Positions 25,001 through 39,700 of a stretch of 64,000 bases of DNA are shown here, piece by piece; the stretch's first letter is position 1, and each line of letters begins with the position of its first letter. The translations under genes and the position numbers were made by a program. The DNA comes from Lingula anatina (taxonomy: Eukaryota > Animalia > Brachiopoda): NCBI GenBank assembly GCA_051362555.1, contig CM120643.1, positions 5,456,001 to 5,520,000 of the forward strand, given 5' to 3'. The notes beneath the pieces were generated by a model, which ran no database searches, was not told the origin of the DNA, and saw only the letters and a program-made list of their open reading frames with translations.

Positions 25001-28000
25001 CCTCTTCTGGATGTCTGTAAACTCTGTTTTGACTGTTGAGTGGTACAGGTGAAATCTGACCTCAATAAAGAAAGCCACGAGATTTCATTGTTCAGCCCAG
25101 AAACAGTCAAGGTCTCCAATTCAATAGAGAAACATACAACGATGTTTTGCTGTTTATAGTGGGTTCCTCGGAGGTCGTCTGGTATTCTAACCTGCTAAAA
25201 CCAGTTTGGTGTTCGCTAAGGGCCTTGAAAAATGCGTTTTGGTGGCAATTTACCCCTCATTCTGAACAGACTGGCTGGTTTTTGTTTAGTTGCAAAAGCA
25301 TATCCCGAAAGACAGTGGGTCCTGTACCATGGTGGTAAGATTTCAATACATAGGGTGTGGCCTCTGTGTAGGTACATCAGTCTGGGCATTACTCTATAAA
25401 ACTGTGCGGACCGTTTCGTTTGGCACAATTATCTGTCTGGCAATGCCTGTCTTTTTCGTGCCATTCTGCCACAGATTAACAAATTTGTAAAGCACTGCAT
25501 AGCTCATTTTACACACTGCAAACCCGACCACTTGCATGCAAAATTTCAAATTCTTCTATGCAGTAGTTGCCCACATATGGAGAGTTTTTTGACAGAACCA
25601 TGCTTTGCCAAAACCAAGCCTTGACCTGCCCAAAGGAGCACTACCAAATTAAATCACTGCATATTACATAATGCAGCAGCGCAACAAACCTGGTGTTCAG
25701 TTTATTGGTAGCGACACACCTGACTACACACTTCTCCATTCACATATCTTATATGAGATCGGAGTTTGTGAAAAAAGAATGCATTTTCACCTAGGCATAC
25801 CTTCGAAACTGAAATATTCCATATTAAATGTCAAGTCTGTACAAAACGCGCCCAACGCCCAATTTAATCCTGGTATATGCATATGGAATTTACCAGTGAT
25901 ACATCTTCACAACATATTAAAGTCTCATGTCCTCTGTTAAGGATATACTTTATAGGTTAATTTTAGTAATGCATCAAAATTTTCTGGCCCAACTTTGGCC
26001 AAGCACATGGTTGGTTGTAAAACCAGTACTTGCCCAATGTTGGAAAGCCAACCATTAGCATGGCACCAAGGTTGACACAACGTATGGTTGCTCTTCAGCA
26101 GTAAGTTGCATACAGACGTTGGCCAAACATCAGCTAGCCAACATTGGCCAAATGGCATTTGCTCAACCATAGCCTTTGGCCCAACGTCATGTTGTTCAAT
26201 TTCTAATATTTTGACAGCCAAGGTTGGCTCACTGCCATGTGCCCAACCAATCTTCATTGCTCTTCGTCATACTTCCGACATTGTTTAATTCTTTCTATTC
26301 CAAGCATCCCCCATGGCGTCTCCTGCCACTTGTCAGCTGAGCCAAGTAAGACGCAGGGAGAATGATCCCGTTCTTACCCAGGAAGGGTATGAACGCCTTG
26401 AAATATGTTGGATTTTCCATCAGTACTTATTGACACTAAAATCATCCATAGATATGGGGTGCACGCAGTGTTAAATTACAAAAAGCAGAGGCACATTAAT
26501 CCCACAATGTCATCAACAGCAATTGGGACCACAAATACACAATGAAACGTTTTTACTAACAATTATGATCTACCTTTTAACATTAAAACTTATGATTAAT
26601 GGACATATAAAGCTGAACAAAGACACATTCCATGTCACAGTCTACCAATGCTTATATGTTAAATGCATTACTTACAGCAACACAACTCTCTATAAGTCAT
26701 TGCTTGGTTTTATTTAAATTCTAAATTTTAAATGATATACCAGTATTTCCCCTACTCCCATGTTTTTAAATGCGCCCATTCAAGTCACAGTTCATTACAT
26801 GATACTAAATTAAATCCTTAATGGCACAGTTTTCCGTTCTGAGAACCCCTAGAAATAAAACACTTAGACATCAAAGATTAAGAACACGCATGTTCCAATC
26901 CATTTTCAAGGAGTTGTACGAGTATCCTTTGTTCCCAGCAATCTCCTATATAGTTTATTGCTGTCTCCGCAATTACAGTGTAACTAAATACGAGGACAAC
27001 GTCGCAATCATGCCTAGACAAACTCTAAGACCAAATTCTGCACCCTTGCCACTTTTGTAACTTAAAATCTTCAAGATATATATATCAAATTTAGAATACA
27101 ATATTTTCCAGTAGTAATTCTTGTTTTACAATGTTTTTGATGTAAGGGTGAATTATTTTGCATTCACTTTTATAATTTAAAACATTCTTAGCAACTCGTC
27201 CTTGAGTTCAGTTGGCACAGGGGTAAGTTATCGTGTCATTTCTAGCACAATTGCTGGTAGCAACGCACAGCTACCAGTCACTCAAAGGTTTATTCGTGTG
27301 CGTGACAGAATGGTTCGTCTACAGCCAGCAGCTCAAGAATGACTCTCTATAACCATTGGAATATCATATGTATTCTACCAGTAGGCCACTCTGATTAAGA
27401 TTCATGGATGACATCATCTAGAGACCCTAAAACTAATACCAGTGGGCAAAAAAATGTTGCTCAAGTAAAAGAATGCACAAGCTGCTGGAGATTACGCAAA
27501 TAAAGTAACAGAACGCACAGTATTAAACAAACAAGATATCTTAATTGGCGCTTAGGACACTAAAGAGTCAGTAGTCATCTGCTTTACCTCGGTGTATCAA
27601 ACTGAATTTGCCCATCTTCTGTCCACTTAATCCGAACAAAGCAACCCAATCCCTCTCATTCCCGTCATTTATGTATAAAAAATGTGCATGGTGCCCTGGA
27701 CAGGACGTCTTTGGAGCCGTCTCAGTGAAAGTACAGACATTTAATATGGAATATTTTTTTCCAAATCATTTTTCATTAGTTTTTTTCCTATTTTGCAGAC
27801 TGATAAATGAAAATAAGGATTAAAATCGTGTTTTAATAACTTTTAATTATCTCCTTGATGTCATTGTGGCATCAGTTCATTAATGGAATTCGCCAGAGGA
27901 GCAAACAAAAACACATTGCCTATTCTATGTCATACAACAACCATTAAAAGGGATATTTTGGACCTCCATATTTTCCAAATTATTGTCTGTAAAAGAGTTA

Positions 28001-30780
28001 AACGCTCCACAAAGGACCCTCATGTCAGTGTCTAGTCACAGTAACGGTCGCTGTTACGCCTGACTTCTTCCGGCTGCTACCAGCGCTGTCAAGTGGCAAG
28101 GCTTTCCTTGGGATAGGTTTTTTAAGTTCAATCTGGAATAACTTTCCAGACATCGGTCAAAATCTGCCCAATTTGGTCCAGTTTTGTTGTAGGACATGTA
28201 GGCCATTGATTCGGAGAGAAATGGCCTACCCACATATTGTCTATGTGGTTCAAATATGGCGAATTTTATTACCAAGGTAGCTGCTCATTCCCTTGGTTCT
28301 GTAAGTAAACTGCTATTAAAAGTGCTCTGTGTGAACCGGCAATCTCACCGTGCAATTGTTCTTAAGTTGTCCCCTATCAAATGATAGCCAAGTGGTTCCC
28401 AGATTATTTCTTTATTTGATCTGGTTCAGGTTTTCGTCGATGACTACCATTGGTTTTTTGGCACCAATGTGGTATCCACTCCATATACTGACGCTGTTAA
28501 TGACCTTAGTCACTTAAGACACGGCACACGCTTCGTCGTTGGCCTCTTCTGGATGTCTGTAAACTCTGTTCTAACTGTTGAGCGGTACAGGTGAACTCTG
28601 ACCTCAATAAAGAAAGCCACGAGATTTCAGTGTTAAGCCCAGAAACAGTCAAGGTCTCAAATTCAATAGAGAAACATACAACGATGTTTTGCTGTTTATA
28701 GTGGGTTCCTCGGAGGTCGTCTGGTATTCTAACCTGCTAAAACCAGTGTGGTGTTCGCTAAGGGCCTTGAAAAATGCGTTTTGGTGGCAATTTACCCTTC
28801 ATTCTGAACAGACTGGGTGGTTTTTGTTTAGTTGCAAAAGCATATCCCGAAAGACAGTGGGTCCTGTACCCTGGTGGTAAGATTTCAATACATAGGGTGT
28901 GGCCTCTGTGAAGGTACATCAGTCTGGGCATTACTCTATAAAACTGTGTGGACCGTTTCGTTTGGCACAATTATCTGTCTGGCAATGCCTGTCTTTTTCG
29001 TGCCATTCTGCCACAGATTAACAAATTTGTAAAGCACTGCATAGCTCATTTTACACACTGCAAACCCGACCACTTGCATGCAAAATTTCAAATTCTTCTA
29101 TGCAGTAGTTGCCGACATATGGAGAGTTTTTTGACAGAACCATGCTTTGCCAAAACCAAGCCTTGACCTGCCCAAAGGAGCACTACCAAATTAAATCACT
29201 GCATATTACATAATGCAGCAGCGCAACAAACCTGGTGTTCAGTTTATTGGTAGCGACACACCTGACTACACACTTCTCCATTCACATATCTTATATGAGA
29301 TCGGAGTTTGTGAAAAAAGAATGCATTTTCACCTAGGCATACCTTCGAAACTGAAATATTCCATATTAAATGTCAAGTCTGTACAAAACGCGCCCAACGC
29401 CCAATTTAATCCTGGTATATGCATATGGAATTTACCAGTGATACATCTTCACAACATATTAAAGTCTCATGTCCTCTGTTAAGGATATACTTTATAGGTT
29501 AATTTTAGTAATGCATCAAAATTTTCTGGCCCAACTTTGGCCAAGCACATGGTTGGTTGTAAAACCAGTACTTGCCCAATGTTGGAAAGCCAACCATTAG
29601 CATGGCACCAAGGTTGACACAACGTATGGTTGCTCTTCAGCAGTAAGTTGCATACAGACGTTGGCCAAACATCAGCTAGCCAACATTGGCCAAATGGCAT
29701 TTGCTCAACCATAGCCTTTGGCCCAACGTCATGCCAATGTTCAATTTCTAATATTTTGACAGCCAAGGTTGGCTCACTGCCATGTGCCCAACCAATCTTC
29801 ATTGCTCTTCGTCATACTTCCGACATTGTTTAATTCTTTCTATTCCAAGCATCCCCCATGGCGTCTCCTGCCACTTGTCAGCTGAGCCATGTAAGACGCA
29901 GGGAGAATGATGCCGTTCTTACCCAGGAAGGATATGAACGCCTTGAAATATGTTGGATTTTCCATCAGTACTTATTGACACTAAAATCATCCATAGATAT
30001 GGGGTGCACGCAGTGTTAAATTACAAAAAGCAGAGGCACATTAATCCCACAATGTCATCAACAGCAATTGGGACCACAAATACACAATGAAACGTTTTTA
30101 CTAACAATAATGATCTACCTTTTAACATTAAAACTTATGATTAATGGACATATAAAGCTGAACAAAGACACATTCCATGTCACAGTCTACCAATGCTTAT
30201 ATGTTAAATGCATTACTTACAGCAACACAACTCTCTATAAATCATTGCTTGGTTTTATTTAAATTCTAAATTTTAAATGATATACCAGTATTTCCCCTAC
30301 TCCCATGTTTTTAAATGCGCCCATTCAAGTCACAGTTCATTACATGATACTAAATTAAATCCTTAATGGCACAGTTTTCCGTTCTGAGAACCCCTAGAAA
30401 TAAAACACTTAGACATCAAAGATTAAGAACACGCATGTTCCAATCCATTTTCAAGGAGTTGTACGAGTATCCTTTGTTCCCAGCAATCTCCTATATAGTT
30501 TATTGCTGTCTCCGCAATTACAGTGTAACTAAATACGAGGACAACGTCGCAATCATGCCTAGACAAACTCTAAGACCAAATTCTGCACCCTTGCCACTTT
30601 TGTAACTTAAAATCTTCAAGATATATATATCAAATTTAGAATACAATATTTTCCAGTAGTAATTCTTGTTTTACAATGTTTTTGATGTAAGGGTGAATTA
30701 TTTTGCATTCACTTTTATAATTTAAAACATTCTTAGCAACTCGTCCTTGAGTTCAGTTGGCACAGGGGTAAGTTATCGTA
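16040..30780. repeat. Higher-order dimer repeat with period 7098 bp (boundaries approximate)
   Basis: Variant-specific ORFs recur at +7098 (17407/24505, 18839/25937, 20510/27608, 21850/28948), while adjacent monomers differ by SNPs and small indels. Confidence 0.9.
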
Positions 30781-33700
30781 TCATTTCTAGCACAATTGCT
30801 GGTAGCAACGCACAGCTACCAGTCACTCAAAGGTTTATTCGTGTGCGTGACAGAATGGTTCGTCTGCAGCCAGCAGCTCAAGAATGACTCTCTATAACCA
30901 TTGGAATATCATATGTATTTTACCAGTAGGCCACTCTGATTAAAATTCATGGATGACATCATCTAGAGACCCTAAAACTAATACCAGTGGGCAAAAAATG
31001 TTGCTCAAGTAAAAGAATGCACAAACTGCTGGAGATTACGCAAATAAAGTAACAGAACGCACAGTATTAAACAAACAAGATATCTTAATTGCCGCTTAGG
31101 ACACTAAAGAGTCAGTAGTCATCTGCTTTACCTCAGTGTATCAAACTGAATTTGCCCATCTTCTGTCCACTTAATCCGAACAAAGCAACCCAATCCCTCT
31201 CATTCATTTATGTATAAAAAATGTGCATGGTGCCCTGGACAGGACGTCTTTGGAGCCGTCTTTGTGAAAGTACAGACTTGACATTTATTATGGAATATTT
31301 TTTTCCAAATCATTTTTCATTAGTTTTTTTCCTATTTTGCAGACTGATATATGAAAATAAGGGTTAAAATCGTGTTTTTATAACTTTTAATTATCTCTTT
31401 GATGTCATTGTGGCATCCCTTCATTAATGGAATTCGCCAGAGGAGCAAACAAAAACACATTGCCTATTCTATGTCATACGACAACCATTAAAAGGGATAT
31501 TTTGGACCTCCATATTTTCCAAATTATTGTCTGTAAAAGAGTTAAACGCTCCACAAAAGACCCTCATGTCAGTGTCTAGTCACAGTAACGGTCGCTGTTA
31601 CGCCTGACTTCTTCCGGCTGCTACCAGCGCTGTCAAGTGGCAAGGCATTCCTTGGGATAGGTTTTTCAAGTTCAATCTGGAATAACTTTCCAGGCATCGG
31701 TCAAAATCTGCCCAATTTGGTCCAGTTTTGTTGTAGGACATGTAGGCCATTGATTCGGAGAGAAATGGCCTACCCACGTATTGTCTATGTGGTTCAAATA
31801 TGGCGATTTCTATGACCAAGGTAGCTGCTCATTCCCTTGGTTCTGTAAGTAAACTGCTATTAAAAGTGCTCTGTGTGAACCGGCAATCTCACCGTGCAAC
31901 ATAAAATTGTTCTTAAGTTGTCCCCTATCAAATGATAGCCAAGTGGTTCCCAGATTATTTCTTTATTTGATCTGGTTCAGGTTTTTGTCGATGACTATCA
32001 TTGGTGTTTTGGCACCAATGTGGTATCCACTCCATATACTGATGCTGTTAATGACCTTAGTCACTTAAGACGCGGCACACGCTTCGTCGTTGGCCTCTTC
32101 TGGATGTCTGTACACTCTGTTTTGACTGTTGAGTGGTACAGGTGAAATCTGACCTCAATAAAGAAAGCCACGAGATTTCAGTGTTCAGCCTAGAAACAGT
32201 CAAGGTCTCCAATTCAATAGAGAAACATACAACGATGTTTTGCTGTTTATAGTGGGTTCCTCGGAGGTCGTCTGGTATTCTAACCTGCTAAAACCAGTTT
32301 GGTGTTCGCTAAGGGCATTGAAAAATGCGTTTTGGTGGCAATTTACCCCTCATTCTGAACAGACTGGGTGGCTTTTGTTTAGTTGCAACAGCATATCCCG
32401 AAAGACAATGGGTCCTGTACCCTGGTGGTAAGATTTCAATACATAGGGTGTGGCCTCTGTGTAGGTACATCAGTCTGGGCATTACTCTATAAAACTGTGC
32501 GGACCGTTTCGTTTGGCACAATTATCTGTCTGGCAATGCCTGTCTTTTTCGTGCCATTCTGCCACAGATTAACAAATTTGTAAAGCACTGCATAGCTCAT
32601 TTTACACACTGCAAACCCGACCACTTGCATGCAAAATTTATAATTCTTCTATGCAGTAGTTGCCGACATATGGAGAGTTTTTTGACAGAACCATGCTTTG
32701 CCAAAACCAAGCCTTGACCTGCCCAAAGGAGCACTACCAAATTAAATCACTGCATATTACATAATGCAGCAGCGCAACAAACCTGGTGTTCAGTTAATTA
32801 GTAGCGACACACCTGACTACACACTTCTCCATTCACATATCTTATATGAGATCGGAGTTTGTGAAAAAAGAACGCATTTTCACCTAGGCATACCTTCGAA
32901 ACTGAAATATTCCATATTAAATGTCAAGTCTGTACAAAACGCGCCCAACGCCCAATTTAATCCTGGTTTATGCATATGGAATTTACCAGTGATACATCTT
33001 CACAACATATTTAAGTCTCATGTCCTCTGTTAAGGATATACTTTATAGGTTAATTTTAGTAATGCATCAAAATTTTCTAGCCCAACTTTGGCCAAGCACA
33101 TGGTTGGTTGTAAAATCAGTACTTGCCCAATGCTGGAAAGCCAACCATTAGCATGGCACCAAGGTTGACACAACGTATGGTTGCTCTTCAGCAGTAAGTT
33201 GCATACAGACGTTGGCCAAACATCAGCTAGCCAACATTGGCCAAATGGCATTTGCTCAACCATAGCCTTTGGCCCAACGTCATGCCAATGTTCAATTTCT
33301 AATATTGTGACAGCCAAGGTTGGCTCACTGCCATGTGCCCAACCAATCTTCTTTGCTCTTCGTCATACTTCCGACATTGTTTAATTCTCTCTATTCCAAG
33401 CCTCCCCCATGGCGTCTCCTGCCACTTGTCAGCTGAGCCATGTAAGACGCAGGGAGAATGATGCCGTTCTTACCCAGGAAGGATATGAACGCCTTGAAAT
33501 ATGTTGGATTTTCCATCAGTACTTATTGACACTAAAATCATCCATAGATATGGGGTGCACGCAGTGTTAAATTACAAAAAGCAGAGGCACATTAATCCCA
33601 CAATGTCATCAACAGCAATTGGGACCACAAATACACAATGAAACGTTTTTACTAACAATAATGATCTACCTTTTAACATTAAAACTTATGATTAATGGAC

Positions 33701-36700
33701 ATATAAAGCTGAACAAAGACACATTCCATGTCACAGTCTACCAATGCTTATATGTTAAATGCATTACTTACAGCAACACAACTCTCTATAAATCATTGCT
33801 TGGTTTTATTTAAATTCTAAATTTTAAATGATATACCAGTATTTCCCCTACTCCCATGTTTTAAAATGCGCCCATTCAAGTCACAGTTCATTACATGATA
33901 CTAAATTAAATCCTTAATGGCACAGTTTTCCGTTCTGAGAACCCCTAGAAATAAAACACTTAGACATCAAAGATTAAGAACACGCATGTTCCAATCCATT
34001 TTCAAGGAGTTGTACGAGTATCCTTTGTTCCCAGCAATCTCCTATATAGTTTATTGCTGTCTCCGCAATTACAGTGTAACTAAATACGAGGACAACGTCG
34101 CAATCATGCCTAGACAAACTCTAAGACCAAATTCTGCACCCTTGCCACTTTTGTAACTTAAAATCTTCAAGATATATATATCAAATTTAGAATACAATAT
34201 TTTCCAGTAGTAATTCTTGTTTTACAATGTTTTTGATGTAAGGGTGAATTATTTTGCATTCACTTTTATAATTTAAAATATTCTTAGCAACTCGTCCTTG
34301 AGTTCAGTTGGCACAGGGGTAAGTTATCGTATCATTTCTAGCACAATTGCTGGTAGCAACGCACAGCTACCAGTCACTCAAAGGTTTATTCGTGTGCGTG
34401 ACAGAATGGTTCGTCTGCAGCCAGCAGCTCAAGAATGACTCTCTATAACCATTGGAATATCATATGTATTTTACCAGTAGGCCACTCTGATTAAAATTCA
34501 TGGATGACATCATCTAGAGACCCTAAAACTAATACCAGTGGGCAAAAAATGTTGCTCAAGTAAAAGAATGCACAAGCTGCTGGAGATTACGCAAATAAAG
34601 TAACAGAACGCACAGTATTAAACAAACAAGATATCTTAATTGCCGCTTAGGACACTAAAGAGTCAGTAGTCATCTGCTTTACCTCAGTGTATCAAACTGA
34701 ATTTGCCCATCTTCTGTCCACTTAATCCGAACAAAGCAACCCAATCCCTCTCATTCATTTATGTATAAAAAATGTGCATGGTGCCCTGGACAGGACGTCT
34801 TTGGAGCCGTCTTTGTGAAAGTACAGACTTGACATTTATTATGGAATATTTTTTTCCAAATCATTTTTCATTAGTTTTTTTCCTATTTTGCAGACTGATA
34901 TATGAAAATAAGGGTTAAAATCGTGTTTTTATAACTTTTAATTATCTCTTTGATGTCATTGTGGCATCCCTTCATTAATGGAATTCGCCAGAGGAGCAAA
35001 CAAAAACACATTGCCTATTCTATGTCATACGACAACCATTAAAAGGGATATTTTGGACCTCCATATTTTCCAAATTATTGTCTGTAAAAGAGTTAAACGC
35101 TCCACAAAAGACCCTCATGTCAGTGTCTAGTCACAGTAACGGTCGCTGTTACGCCTGACTTCTTCCGGCTGCTACCAGCGCTGTCAAGTGGCAAGGCATT
35201 CCTTGGGATAGGTTTTTCAAGTTCAATCTGGAATAACTTTCCAGGCATCGGTCAAAATCTGCCCAATTTGGTCCAGTTTTGTTGTAGGACATGTAGGCCA
35301 TTGATTCGGAGAGAAATGGCCTACCCACATATTGTCTATGTGGTTCAAATATGGCGATTTCTATGACCAAGGTAGCTGCTCATTCCCTTGGTTCTGTAAG
35401 TAAACTGCTATTAAAAGTGCTCTGTGTGAACCGGCAATCTCACCGTGCAACATAAAATTGTTCTTAAGTTGTCCCCTATCAAATGATAGCCAAGTGGTTC
35501 CCAGATTATTTCTTTATTTGATCTGGTTCAGGTTTTTGTCGATGACTATCATTGGTGTTTTGGCACCAATGTGGTATCCACTCCATATACTGATGCTGTT
35601 AATGACCTTAGTCACTTAAGACGCGGCACACGCTTCGTCGTTGGCCTCTTCTGGATGTCTGTACACTCTGTTTTGACTGTTGAGTGGTACAGGTGAAATC
35701 TGACCTCAATAAAGAAAGCCACGAGATTTCAGTGTTCAGCCTAGAAACAGTCAAGGTCTCCAATTCAATAGAGAAACATACAACGATGTTTTGCTGTTTA
35801 TAGTGGGTTCCTCGGAGGTCGTCTGGTATTCTAACCTGCTAAAACCAGTTTGGTGTTCGCTAAGGGCATTGAAAAATGCGTTTTGGTGGCAATTTACCCC
35901 TCATTCTGAACAGACTGGGTGGCTTTTGTTTAGTTGCAACAGCATATCCCGAAAGACAATGGGTCCTGTACCCTGGTGGTAAGATTTCAATACATAGGGT
36001 GTGGCCTCTGTGTAGGTACATCAGTCTGGGCATTACTCTATAAAACTGTGCGGACCGTTTCGTTTGGCACAATTATCTGTCTGGCAATGCCTGTCTTTTT
36101 CGTGCCATTCTGCCACAGATTAACAAATTTGTAAAGCACTGCATAGCTCATTTTACACACTGCAAACCCGACCACTTGCATGCAAAATTTATAATTCTTC
36201 TATGCAGTAGTTGCCGACATATGGAGAGTTTTTTGACAGAACCATGCTTTGCCAAAACCAAGCCTTGACCTGCCCAAAGGAGCACTACCAAATTAAATCA
36301 CTGCATATTACATAATGCAGCAGCGCAACAAACCTGGTGTTCAGTTAATTAGTAGCGACACACCTGACTACACACTTCTCCATTCACATATCTTATATGA
36401 GATCGGAGTTTGTGAAAAAAGAACGCATTTTCACCTAGGCATACCTTCGAAACTGAAATATTCCATATTAAATGTCAAGTCTGTACAAAACGCGCCCAAC
36501 GCCCAATTTAATCCTGGTTTATGCATATGGAATTTACCAGTGATACATCTTCACAACATATTTAAGTCTCATGTCCTCTGTTAAGGATATACTTTATAGG
36601 TTAATTTTAGTAATGCATCAAAATATTCTAGCCCAACTTTGGCCAAGCACATGGTTGGTTGTAAAATCAGTACTTGCCCAATGCTGGAAAGCCAACCATT

Positions 36701-39700
36701 AGCATGGCACCAAGGTTGACACAACGTATGGTTGCTCTTCAGCAGTAAGTTGCATACAGACGTTGGCCAAACATCAGCTAGCCAACATTGGCCAAATGGC
36801 ATTTGCTCAACCATAGCCTTTGGCCCAACGTCATGCCAATGTTCAATTTCTAATATTGTGACAGCCAAGGTTGGCTCACTGCCATGTGCCCAACCAATCT
36901 TCTTTGCTCTTCGTCATACTTCCGACATTGTTTAATTCTCTCTATTCCAAGCCTCCCCCATGGCGTCTCCTGCCACTTGTCAGCTGAGCCAAGTAAGACG
37001 CAGGGAGAATGATGCCGTTCTTACCCAGGAAGGGTATGAACGCCTTGAAATATGTTGGATTTTCCATCAGTACTTATTGACACTAAAATCATCCATAGAT
37101 ATGGGGTGCACGCAGTGTTAAATTACAAAAAGCAGAGGCACATTAATCCCACAATGTCATCAACAGCAATTGGGACCACAAATACACAATGAAACGTTTT
37201 TACTTACAATAATGATCTACCTTTTAACATTAAAACTTATGATTAATGGACATATAAAGCTGAACAAAGACACATTCCATGTCACAGTCTACCAATGCTT
37301 ATATGTTAAATGCATTACTTACAGCAACACAACTCTCTATAAATCATTGCTTGGTTTTATTTAAATTCTAAATTTTAAATGATATACCAGTATTTCCCCT
37401 ACTCCCATGTTTTTAAATGCGCCCATTCAAGTCACAGTTCATTACATGATACTAAATTAAATCCTTAATGGCACAGTTTTCCGTTCTGAGAACCCCTAGA
37501 AATAAAACACTTAGACATCAAAGATTAAGAACACGCATGTTCCAATCCATTTTCAAGGAGTTGTACGAGTATCCTTTGTTCCCAGCAATCTCCTATATAG
37601 TTTATTGCTGTCTCCGCAATTACAGTGTAACTAAATACGAGGACAACGTCGCAATCATGCCTAGACAAACTCTAAGACCAAATTCTGCACCCTTGCCACT
37701 TTTGTAACTTAAAATCTTCAAGATATATATATCAAATTTAGAATACAATATTTTCCAGTAGTAATTCTTGTTTTACAATGTTTTTGATGTAAGGGTGAAT
37801 TATTTTGCATTCACTTTTATAATTTAAAACATTCTTAGCAACTCGTCCTTGAGTTCAGTTGGCACAGGGGTAAGTTATCGTGTCATTTCTAGCACAATTG
37901 CTGGTAGCAACGCACAGCTACCAGTCACTCAAAGGTTTATTCGTGTGCGTGACAGAATGGTTCATCTGCAGCCAGCAGCTCAAGAATGACTCTCTATAAC
38001 CATTGGAATATCATATGTATTTTACCAGTAGGCCACTCTGATTAAAATTCATGGATGACATCATCTAGAGACCCTAAAACTAATACCAGTGGGCAAAAAA
38101 ATGTTGCTCAAGTGAAAGAATGCACAAGCTGCTGGAGATTACGCAAATAAAGTAACAGAACGCACAGTATTTAACAAACAAGATATCGTAATTGGCGCTT
38201 AGTACACTAAAGAGTCAGTAGTCATCTGCTTTACCTCAGTGTATCAAACTGAATTTGCCCATCTTCTGTCCACTAAATCCGAACAAAGCAACCCAATCCC
38301 TCTCATTCCCGTCATTTATGTATAAAAAATGTGCATGGTGCCCTGGACAGGACGTCTTTGGAGCCGTCTCAGTGAAAGTACACACTTGACATTTAATATG
38401 GAATATTTTTTTCCAAATCATTTTTCATCATTTTTTTCCTGTTTAGCTGACTGATAAATTAAAATAAGGATTAAAATCGTGTTTTTATAACTTTTAATTA
38501 TCTCTTTGATGTCATTGTGGCATCCCTTCATTAATGGAATTCGCCAGAGGAGCAAACAAAAACACATTGCCTATTCTATGTCATACGACAACCATTAAAA
38601 GGGATATTTTGGACCTCCATATTTTCCAAATTATTGTCTGTAAAAGAGTTAAACGCTCCACAAAGGACCCTCATGTCAGTGTCTAGTCACAGTAACGGTC
38701 GCTGTTACGCCTGACTTCTTCCGGCTGCTACCAGCGCTGTCAAGTGGCAAGGCATTCCTTGGGATAGGTTTTTCAAGTTCAATCTGGAATAACTTTCCAG
38801 GCATCGGTCAAAATCTGCCCAATTTGGTCCAGTTTTGTTGTAGGACGTGTAGTCCATTGATTCAGAGAGAAATGGCCTACCCACATATTGTCTATGTGGT
38901 TCAAATATGGCGATTTTTATGACCAAGGTAGCTGCTCATTCCCTTGGTTCTGTAAGTAAACTGCTATTAAAAGTGCTCTGTGTGAACCGGCAATCTTACC
39001 GTGCAACATAAAATTGTTCTTTTGTTGTCCCCTATCAAATGATAGCCAAGTGGTTCCCAGATTATTTCTTTATTTGATCTGGTTCAGGTTTTCGTCGATG
39101 ACTACCATTGGTGTTTTGGCACCAATGTGGTATCCACTCCATATACTGACGCTGTTAATGACCTTAGTCACTTAAGACGCGGCACACGCTTTGTCGTTGG
39201 CCTCTTCTGGATGTCTGTAAACTCTGTTTTGACTGTTGAGTGGTACAGGTGAAATCTGACCTCAATAAAGAAAGCCACGAGATTTCAGTGTTCAGCCCAG
39301 AAACAGTCAAGGTCTCCAATTCAATAGAGAAACATACAACGATGTTTTGCTGTTTATAGTGGGTTCCTCGGAGGTCGTCTGGTATTCTAACCTGCTAAAA
39401 CCAGTTTGGTGTTCGCTAAGGGCCTTGAAAAATGCGTTTTGGTGGCAATTTACCCCTCATTCTGAACAGACTGGCTGGTTTTTGTTTAGTTGCAACAGCA
39501 TATCCCGAAAGACAGTGGGTCCTGTACCATGGTGGTAAGATTTCAATACATAGGGTGTGGCCTCTGTGTAGGTACATCAGTCTGGGCATTACTCTATAAA
39601 ACTGTGCAGACCGTTTCGTTTGGCACAATTATCTGTCTGGCAATGCCTGTCTTTTTCGTGCCATTCTGCCACAGATTATCAAATTTGTAAAGCACTGCAT